The notes under the pieces are model-generated. The model searched no databases. It saw only the letters and a program-made list of their open reading frames with translations, and was not told the DNA's origin. A stretch of 64,000 nt of DNA from Auanema rhodensis. Lineage: Eukaryota; Animalia; Nematoda. The translations under genes and the position numbers were made by a program. How positions within the stretch are numbered: position 1 is the stretch's first letter; the number at the start of each line of letters is the position of its first letter. Location of the stretch: contig OZ059896.1 in the NCBI GenBank assembly GCA_964057225.1, positions 19,158,001 to 19,222,000 on the forward strand. The letters run 5' to 3'. Below are positions 1 to 10,300 of the stretch, piece after piece.

Positions 1-7
1 TTAGTGT

Positions 8-35
8 ATGTTGAGTTTCCATGTACACTCAACAT
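8..35. other. Inverted repeat A (9-bp stem, 10-nt loop), recurring at offset 8-35 of each monomer
   Basis: ATGTTGAGT-ttccatgtac-ACTCAACAT; the arms are exact reverse complements in the consensus. Confidence 0.9.
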
Positions 36-185
36 TGCTTCCAAAAACATTTTGACAAAAATTGTTTCGAAAAATTTCTAAATAATTTAACAAAAAGTAG
101 ATGTTTTTAGATTCCTTTTTTCAAGGCAAAGACGATGGACAATGTTATTCAACGAAAAAATTAATTCTTCAGGGTGAAAATCGAG

Positions 186-207
186 GATATAAGTGTGAAC
201 TTATATC
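186..207. other. Inverted repeat B (9-bp stem, GTGA 4-nt loop), recurring at offset 186-207 of each monomer
   Basis: GATATAAGT-gtga-ACTTATATC; the arms are exact reverse complements. It can be extended by CGAG (182-185) pairing with CTCG (217-220) across a bulge. Confidence 0.9.
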
Positions 208-1053
208 AGTTGATATCTCGGTGCATTTTTAAGCTAGCGCAAATCTCATAACACAGATCAACGCAGCTTAAAAATCCGCATCGAATGCACTATACTACAT
301 TGAGAAACGCTTAATACAAAAATTAGTTATGATCGTTTGAAAAATGATGCATTAGTGTATGTTGAGTTTCCATGTACATTCAACATTGCTTCCAAAAACA
401 TTTTGACAAAAATTTTTTCGAAAAATTTCAAAATAATTTAGCAAAAAGTAGATGTTTTTAGATTCCTTTTTTCAAGGCAAAGACGATGGACATTGTTATT
501 CAACGAAAAAATTAATTCTTCAGGGTGAAAATCGAGGATATAAGTGTGAACTTATATCAGTTGATATCTCGGTGCATTTTTAAGCTAGCGCAAATCTGAT
601 AACACAGATCGACGCAGCTTAAAAATCCGCATCGAATGCACTATACTACATTGAGAAACGCTTAATACAAAAATTAGTTATGATCGTTTGAAAAATGATG
701 CATTAGTGTATGTTGAGTTTCCATGTACACTCAACATTGCTTCCAAAAACATTTTGACAAAAATTTTTTCGAAAAATTTCAAAATAATTTAGCAAAAAGT
801 AGATGTTTTTAGATTCCTTTTTTCAAGGCAAAGACGATGGACATTGTTATTCAACGAAAAAATTAATTCTTCAGGGTGAAAATCGAGGATATAAGTGTGA
901 ACTTATATCAGTTGATATCTCGGTGCATTTTTAAGCTATCGCAAATCTGATAACACAGATCGACGCAGCTTAAAAATCCGCATCGAATGCACTATACTAC
1001 ATTGAGAAACGCTTAATACAAAAATTAGTTATGATCGTTTGAAAAATGATGCA

Positions 1054-1755
1054 TTAGTGTATGTTGAGTTTCCATGTACACTCAACATTGCTTCCAAAAA
1101 CATTTTGACAAAAATTTTTTCGAAAAATTTCAAAATAATTTAGCAAAAAGTAGATGTTTTTAGATTCCTTTTTTCAAGGCAAAGACGATGGACATTGTTA
1201 TTTAACGAAAAAATTAATTCTTCAGGGTGAAAATCGAGGATATAAGTGTGAACATATATCAGTTGATATCTCGGTGCATTTTTAAGCTAGCGCAAATCTG
1301 ATAACACAGATCGACGCAGCTTAAAAATCCGCATCGAATGCACTATACTACATTGAGAAACGCTTAATACAAAAATTAGTTATGATTGTTTGAAAAATGA
1401 TGCATTAGTGTATGTTGAGTTTCCATGTACACTCAACATTGCTTCCAAAAACATTTTGACAAAAATTTTTTCGAAAAATTTCAAAATAATTTAGCAAAAA
1501 GTAGATGTTTTTAGATTCCTTTTTTCAAGGCAAAGACGATGGACATTGTTATTTAACGAAAAAATTAATTCTTCAGGGTGAAAATCGAGGATATAAGTGT
1601 GAACATATATCAGTTGATATCTCGGTGCATTTTTAAGCTAGCGCAAATCTGATAACACAGATCGACGCAGCTTAAAAATCCGCATCGAATGCACTATACT
1701 ACATTGAGAAACGCTTAATACAAAAATTAGTTATGATTGTTTGAAAAATGATGCA
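1054..1755. repeat. Recent single-monomer duplication (two identical adjacent monomers)
   Basis: Both carry the private variants TTTAACG (1203/1554) and GATTGTT (1387/1738); lag 351. Confidence 0.85.
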
Positions 1756-4700
1756 TTAGTGTATGTTGAGTTTCCATGTACACTCAACATTGCTTCCAAA
1801 AACATTTTGACAAAAAATTTTTCGAAAAATTTCTAAATAATTTAGCAAAAAGTAGATGTTTTTAGATTCCTTTTTTCAAGGCAAAGACGATGGACAATGT
1901 TATTCAACGAAAAAATTAATTCTTCAGGGTGAAAATCGAGGATATAAGTGTGAACTTATATCAGTTGATATCTCGGTGCATTTTTAAGCTAGCGCAAATC
2001 TCATAACACAGATCGACGCAGCTTAAAAATCCGCATCGAATGCACTATACTACATTGAGAAACGCTTAATACAAAAATTAGTTATGATCGTTTGAAAAAT
2101 GATGCATTAGTGTATGTTGAGTTTCCATGTACATTCAACATTGCTTCCAAAAACATTTTGACAAAAATTTTTTCGAAAAATTTCAAAATAATTTAGCAAA
2201 AAGTAGATGTTTTTAGATTCCTTTTTTCAAGGCAAAGACGATGGACATTGTTATTCAACGAAAAAATTAATTCTTCAGGGTGAAAATCGAGGATATAAGT
2301 GTGAACTTATATCAGTTGATATCTCGGTGAATTTTTAAGCTAGCGCAAATCTGATAACACAGATCGACGCAGCTTAAAAATCCGCATCGAATGCACTATA
2401 CTACATTGAGAAACGCTTAATACAAAAATTAGTTATGATCGTTTGAAAAATGATGCATTAGTGTATGTTGAGTTTCCATGTACACTCAACATTGCTTCCA
2501 AAAACATTTTGACAAAAATTTTTTCGAAAAATTTCAAAATAATTTAGCAAAAAGTAGATGTTTTTAGATTTCTTTTTTCAAGGCAAAGACGATGGACATT
2601 GTTATTCAACGAAAAAATTAATTCTTCAGGGTGAAAATCGAGGATATAAGTGTGAACATATATCAGTTGATATCTCGGTGCATTTTTAAGCTAGCGCAAA
2701 TCTGATAACACAGATCGACGCAGCTTAAAAATCCGCATCGAATGCACTATACTACATTGAGAAACGCTTAATAGAAAAATTAGTTATGATCGTTTGAAAA
2801 ATGATGCATTAGTGTATGTTGAGTTTCCATGTACACTCAACATTGCTTCCAAAAACATTTTGACAAAAATTTTTTCGAAAAATTTCTAAATAATTTAGCA
2901 AAAAGTAGATGTTTTTAGATTCCTTTTTTCAAGGCAAAGACGATGGACAATGTTATTCAACGAAAAAATTAATTCTTCAGGGTGAAAATCGAGGATATAA
3001 GTGTGAACTTATATCAGTTGATATCTCGGTGCATTTTTAAGCTAGCGCAAATCTCATAACACAGATCGACGCAGCTTAAAAATCCGCATCGAATGCACTA
3101 TACTACATTGAGAAACGCTTAATACAAAAATTAGTTATGATCGTTTGAAAAATGATGCATTAGTGTATGTTGAGTTTCCATGTACATTCAACATTGCTTC
3201 CAAAAACATTTTGACAAAAATTTTTTCGAAAAATTTCAAAATAATTTAGCAAAATGTAGATGTTTTTAGATTCCTTTTTTCAAGGCAAAGACGATGGACA
3301 TTGTTATTCAACGAAAAAATTAATTCTTCAGGGTGAAAATCGAGGATATAAGTGTGAACTTATATCAGTTGATATCTCGGTGCATTTTTAAGCTAGCGCA
3401 AATCTGATAACACAGATCGACGCAGCTTAAAAATCCGCATCGAATGCACTATACTACATTGAGAAACGCTTAATACAAAAATTAGTTATGATCGTTTTAA
3501 AAATGATGCATTAGTGTATGTTGAGTTTCCATGTACACTCAACATTGCTTCCAAAAACATTTTGACAAAAATTTTTTCGAAAAATTTCAAAATAATTTAG
3601 CAAAAAGTAGATGTTTTTAGATTCCTTTTTTCAAGGCAAAGACGATGGACAATGTTATTCAACGAGAAAATTAATTCTTCAGGGTGAAAATCGAGGATAT
3701 AAGTGTGAACTTATATCAGTTGATATCTCGGTGCATTTTCAAGCTAGCGCAAATCTCATAACACAGATCGACGCAGCTTAAAAATCCGCATCGAATGCAC
3801 TATACTACATTGAGAAACGCTTAATACAAAAATTAGTTATGATCGTTTGAAAAATGATGCATTAGTGTATGTTGAGTTTCCATGTACACTCAACATTGCT
3901 TCCAAAAACATTTTGACAAAAATTTTTTCGAAAAATTTCAAAATAATTTAGCAAAAAGTAGATGTTTTTAGATTCCTTTTTTCAAGGCAAAGACGATGGA
4001 CAATGTTATTCAACGAAAAAATTAATTCTTCAGGGTGAAAATCGAGGATATAAGTGTGAACTTATATCAGTTGATATATCGGTGCATTTTTAAGCTAGCG
4101 CAAATCTAATAACACAGATCGACGCAGCTTAAAAATCCGCATCGAATGCACTATACTACATTGAGAAACGCTTAATACAAAAATTAGTTATGATCGTTTG
4201 AAAAATGATGCATTAGTGTATGTTGAGTTTCCATGTACACTCAACATTGCTTCCAAAAACATTTTGACAAAAATTTTTTCGAAAAATTTCAAAATAATTT
4301 AGCAAAAAGTAGATGTTTTTAGATTCCTTTTTTCAAGGCAAAGACGATGGACATTGTTATTCAACGAAAAAATTAATTCTTCATTGTGAAAATCGAGGAT
4401 ATAAGTGTGAACTTATATCAGTTGATATCTCGGTGCATTTTTAAGCTAGCGCAAATCTCATAACACAGATCGACGCAGCTTAAAAATCCGCATCGAATGC
4501 ACTATACTACATTGAGAAACGCTTAATACAAAAATTAGTTATGATCGTTTGAAAAATGATGCATTAGTGTATGTTGAGTTTCCATGTACATTCAACATTG
4601 CTTCCAAAAACATTTTGACAAAAATTTTTTCGAAAAATTTCTAAATAATTTAGCAAAAAGTAGATGTTTTTAGATTCCTTTTTTCAAGGCAAAGACGATG

Positions 4701-7020
4701 GACAATGTTATTCAACGAAAAAATTAATTCTTCAGGGTGAAAATCGAGGATATAAGTGTGAACTTATATCAGTTGATATCTCGGTGCATTTTTAAGCTAG
4801 CGCAAATCTCATAACACAGATCGACGCAGCTTAAAAATCCGCATCGAATGCACTATACTACATTGAGAAACGCTTAATACAAAAATTAGTTATGATCGTT
4901 TGAAAAATGATGCATTAGTGTATGTTGAGTTTCCATGTACATTCAACATTGCTTCCAAAAACATTTTGACAAAAATTTTTTCGAAAAATTTCAAAATAAT
5001 TTAGCAAAATGTAGATGTTTTTAGATTCCTTTTTTCAAGGCAAAGACGATGGACATTGTTATTCAACGAAAAAATTAATTCTTCAGGGTGAAAATCGAGG
5101 ATATAAGTGTGAACTTATATCAGTTGATATCTCGGTGCATTTTTAAGCTAGCGCAAATCTGATAACACAGATCGACGCAGCTTAAAAATCCGCATCGAAT
5201 GCACTATACTACATTGAGAAACGCTTAATACAAAAATTAGTTATGATCGTTTGAAAAATGATGCATTAGTGTATGTTGAGTTTCCATGTACACTCAACAT
5301 TGCTTCCAAAAACATTTTGACAAAAATTTTTTCGAAAAATTTCAAAATAATTTAGCAAAAAGTAGATGTTTTTAGATTCCTTTTTTCAAGGCAAAGACGA
5401 TGGACAATGTTATTCAACGAGAAAATTAATTCTTCAGGGTGAAAATCGAGGATATAAGTGTGAACTTATATCAGTTGATATCTCGGTGCATTTTCAAGCT
5501 AGCGCAAATCTCATAACACAGATCGACGCAGCTTAAAAATCCGCATCGAATGCACTATACTACATTGAGAAACGCTTAATACAAAAATTAGTTATGATCG
5601 TTTGAAAAATGATGCATTAGTGTATGTTGAGTTTCCATGTACACTCAACATTGCTTCCAAAAACATTTTGACAAAAATTTTTTCGAAAAATTTCAAAATA
5701 ATTTAGCAAAAAGTAGATGTTTTTAGATTCCTTTTTTCAAGGCAAAGACGATGGACAATGTTATTCAACGAGAAAATTAATTCTTCAGGGTGAAAATCGA
5801 GGATATAAGTGTGAACTTATATCAGTTGATATCTCGGTGCATTTTTAAGCTAGCGCAAATCTGATAACACAGATCGACGCAGCTTAAAAATCCGCATCGA
5901 ATGCACTATACTACATTGAGAAACGCTTAATACAAAAATTAGTTATGATCGTTTGAAAAATGATGCATTAGTGTATGTTGAGTTTCCATGTACACTCAAC
6001 ATTGCTTCCAAAAACATTTTGACAAAAATTTTTTCGAAAAATTTCAAAATAATTTAGCAAAAAGTAGATGTTTTTAGATTCCTTTTTTCAAGGCAAAGAC
6101 GATGGACAATGTTATTCAACGAGAAAATTAATTCTTCAGGGTGAAAATCGAGGATATAAGTGTGAACTTATATCAGTTGATATCTCGGTGCATTTTCAAG
6201 CTAGCGCAAATCTCATAACACAGATCGACGCAGCTTAAAAATCCGCATCGAATGCACTATACTACATTGAGAAACGCTTAATACAAAAATTAGTTATGAT
6301 CGTTTGAAAAATGATGCATTAGTGTATGTTGAGTTTCCATGTACACTCAACATTGCTTCCAAAAACATTTTGACAAAAATTTTTTCGAAAAATTTCAAAA
6401 TAATTTAGCAAAAAGTAGATGTTTTTAGATTCCTTTTTTCAAGGCAAAGACGATGGACAATGTTATTCAACGAGAAAATTAATTCTTCAGGGTGAAAATC
6501 GAGGATATAAGTGTGAACTTATATCAGTTGATATCTCGGTGCATTTTCAAGCTAGCGCAAATCTCATAACACAGATCGACGCAGCTTAAAAATCCGCATC
6601 GAATGCACTATACTACATTGAGAAACGCTTAATACAAAAATTAGTTATGATCGTTTGAAAAATGATGCATTAGTGTATGTTGAGTTTCCATGTACACTCA
6701 ACATTGCTTCCAAAAACATTTTGACAAAAATTTTTTCGAAAAATTTCAAAATAATTTAGCAAAAAGTAGATGTTTTTAGATTTCTTTTTTCAAGGCAAAG
6801 ACGATGGACAATGTTATTCAACGAAAAAATTAATTCTTCAGGGTGAAAATCGAGGATATAAGTGTGAACTTATATCAGTTGATATATCGGTGCATTTTTA
6901 AGCTAGCGCAAATCTAATAACACAGATCGACGCAGCTTAAAAATCCGCATCGAATGCACTATACTACATTGAGAAACGCTTAATACAAAAATTAGTTATG
7001 ATCGTTTGAAAAATGATGCA

Positions 7021-7340
7021 TTAGTGTATGTTGAGTTTCCATGTACACTCAACATTGCTTCCAAAAACATTTTGACAAAAATTTTTTCGAAAAATTTCAA
7101 AATAATTTAGCAAAAAGTAGATGTTGTTAGATTCCTTTTTTCAAGGCAAAGACGATGGACATTGTTATTCAACGAAAAAATTAATTCTTCATTGTGAAAA
7201 TCGAGGATATAAGTGTGAACTTATATCAGTTGATATCTCGATCAGATCGACGCAGCTTAAAAATCCGCATCGAATGCACTACACTACATTGAGAAACGCT
7301 TAATACAAAAATTAGTTATGATCGTTTGAAAAATGATGCA
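7021..7340. repeat. Truncated 320-bp monomer (33 bp replaced by AT, net -31 bp)
   Basis: Reads GATATCTCG-AT-CAGATCGACG at 7232-7252, versus consensus GATATCTCG-GTGCATTTTTAAGCTAGCGCAAATCTGATAACA-CAGATCGACG. The next monomer starts at 7341 rather than 7372. Confidence 0.97.
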
Positions 7341-10300
7341 TTAGTGTATGTTGAGTTTCCATGTACACTCAACATTGCTTCCAAAAACATTTTGACAAAA
7401 ATTTTTTCGAAAAATTTCAAAATAATTTAGCAAAAAGTAGATGTTTTTAGATTCCTTTTTTCAAGGCAAAGACGATGGACATTGTTATTCAACGAAAAAA
7501 TTAATTCTTCATTGTGAAAATCGAGGATATAAGTGTGAACTTATATCAGTTGATATCTCGGTGCATTTTTAAGCTAGCGCAAATCTCATAACACAGATCG
7601 ACGCAGCTTAAAAATCCGCATCGAATGCACTATACTACATTGAGAAACGCTTAATACAAAAATTAGTTATGATCGTTTGAAAAATGATGCATTAGTGTAT
7701 GTTGAGTTTCCATGTACATTCAACATTGCTTCCAAAAACATTTTGACAAAAATTTTTTCGAAAAATTTCAAAATAATTTAGCAAAAAGTAGATGTTTTTA
7801 GATTCCTTTTTTCAAGGCAAAGACGATGGACATTGTTATTCAACGAAAAAATTAATTCTTCAGGGTGAAAATCGAGGATATAAGTGTGAACTTATATCAG
7901 TTGATATCTCGGTGCATTTTTAAGCTAGCGCAAATCTGATAACACAGATCGACGCAGCTTAAAAATCCGCATCGAATGCACTACACTACATTGAGAAACG
8001 CTTAATACAAAAATTAGTTATGATCGTTTGAAAAATGATGCATTAGTGTATGTTGAGTTTCCATGTACACTGAACATTGCTTCCAAAAACATTTTGACAA
8101 AAATTTTTTCGAAAAATTTCAAAATAATTTAGCAAAAAGTAGATGTTTTTAGATTCCTTTTTTCAAGGCAAAGACGATGGACATTGTTATTCAACGAAAA
8201 AATTAATTCTTCAGGGTGAAAATCGAGGATATAAGTGTGAACTTATATCAGTTGATATCTCGGTGCATTTTTAAGCTAGCGCAAATCTGATAACACAGAT
8301 CGACGCAGCTTAAAAATCCGCATCGAATGCACTACACTACATTGAGAAACGCTTAATACAAAAATTAGTTATGATCGTTTGAAAAATGATGCATTAGTGT
8401 ATGTTGAGTTTCCATGTACACTCAACATTGCTTCCAAAAACATTTTGACAAAAATTTTTTCGAAAAATTTCAAAATAATTTAGCAAAAAGTAGATGTTTT
8501 TAGATTCCTTTTTTCAAGGCAAAGACGATGGACATTGTTATTCAACGAAAAAATTAATTCTTCATTGTGAAAATCGAGGATATAAGTGTGAACTTATATC
8601 AGTTGATATCTCGGTGCATTTTTAAGCTAGCGCAAATCTCATAACACAGATCGACGCAGCTTAAAAATCCGCATCGAATGCACTATACTACATTGAGAAA
8701 CGCTTAATACAAAAATTAGTTATGATCGTTTGAAAAATGATGCATTAGTGTATGTTGAGTTTCCATGTACATTCAACATTGCTTCCAAAAACATTTTGAC
8801 AAAAATTTTTTCGAAAAATTTCAAAATAATTTAGCAAAAAGTAGATGTTTTTAGATTCCTTTTTTCAAGGCAAAGACGATGGACATTGTTATTCAACGAA
8901 AAAATTAATTCTTCAGGGTGAAAATCGAGGATATAAGTGTGAACTTATATCAGTTGATATCTCGGTGCATTTTTAAGCTAGCGCAAATCTGATAACACAG
9001 ATCGACGCAGCTTAAAAATCCGCATCGAATGCACTATACTACATTGAGAAACGCTTAATACAAAAATTAGTTATGATCGTTTGAAAAATGATGCATTAGT
9101 GTATGTTGAGTTTCCATGTACACTCAACATTGCTTCCAAAAACATTTTGACAAAAATTTTTTCGAAAAATTTCAAAATAATTTAGCAAAAAGTAGATGTT
9201 TTTAGATTCCTTTTTTCAAGGCAAAGACGATGGACAATGTTATTCAACGAAAAAATTAATTCTTCAGGGTGAAAATCGAGGATATAAGTGTGAACTTATA
9301 TCAGTTGATATCTCGGTGCATTTTTAAGCTAGCGCAAATCTCATAACACAGATCGACGCAGCTTAAAAATCCGCATCGAATGCACTATACTACATTGAGA
9401 AACGCTTAATACAAAAATTAGTTATGATCGTTTGAAAAATGATGCATTAGTGTATGTTGAGTTTCCATGTACATTCAACATTGCTTCCAAAAACATTTTG
9501 ACAAAAATTTTTTCGAAAAATTTCAAAATAATTTAGCAAAAAGTAGATGTTTTTAGATTCCTTTTTTCAAGGCAAAGACGATGGACATTGTTATTCAACG
9601 AAAAAATTAATTCATCAGGGTGAAAATCGAGGATATAAGTGTGAACTTATATCAGTTGATATCTCGGTGCATTTTTAAGCTAGCGCAAATCTGATAACAC
9701 AGATCGACGCAGCTTAAAAATCCGCATCGAATGCACTATACTACATTGAGAAACGCTTAATACAAAAATTAGTTATGATCGTTTGAAAAATGATGCATTA
9801 GTGTATGTTGAGTTTCCATGTACACTCAACATTGCTTCCAAAAACATTTTGACAAAAATTTTTTCGAAAAATTTCAAAATAATTTAGCAAAAAGTAGATG
9901 TTTTTAGATTCCTTTTTTCAAGGCAAAGACGATGGACATTGTTATTCAACGAAAAAATTAATTCTTCAGGGTGAAAATCGAGGATATAAGTGTGAACATA
10001 TATCAGTTGATATCTCGGTGCATTTTTAAGCTAGCGCAAATCTGATAACACAGATCGACGCAGCTTAAAAATCCGCATCGAATGCACTATACTACATTGA
10101 GAAACGCTTAATACAAAAATTAGTTATGATCGTTTGAAAAATGATGCATTAGTGTATGTTGAGTTTCCATGTACACTCAACATTGCTTCCAAAAACATTT
10201 TGACAAAAAATTTTTCGAAAAATTTCTAAATAATTTAGCAAAAAGTAGATGTTTTTAGATTCCTTTTTTCAAGGCAAAGACGATGGACAATGTTATTCAA

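Noticed and set aside
120-181. Satellite-encoded hammerhead ribozyme on the minus strand (TCTTCAG = CUGAAGA; variant TCATCAG = CUGAUGA, e.g. near 9613)
   Set aside because: The CUGANGA core is present, but no stem II closes onto a downstream GAAA and I found no stem I partner or UH cleavage context. An Infernal search with Rfam hammerhead models would settle it.
182-238. Helitron 3' end (hairpin followed by CTAG at offset 234-237)
   Set aside because: The hairpin is AT-rich, CTAG is followed by C rather than the target T, and no termini or coding remnants are visible. A transposon origin of the monomer cannot be excluded without a Dfam/Repbase search.
1-351. Assignment to a named ~350-360-bp satellite (e.g. 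Drosophila 1.688 family, tenebrionid beetle satellites) or to 5S/tRNA/spliced-leader tandem gene units
   Set aside because: Length and AT-richness are similar, but I recognise no sequence match, and no tRNA, 5S or SL motifs are evident. This needs BLASTN and Rfam searches.
7121-7303. 60-aa ORF from the ORF track as a real CDS
   Set aside because: It exists only because the 31-bp net deletion removes the stop codon and shifts the frame in one satellite monomer. It has no recognisable domain or gene context.
7406-7421. CENP-B box (TTCG....A..CGGG)
   Set aside because: Only TTCG....A matches; the CGGG part is absent (TCAA instead).
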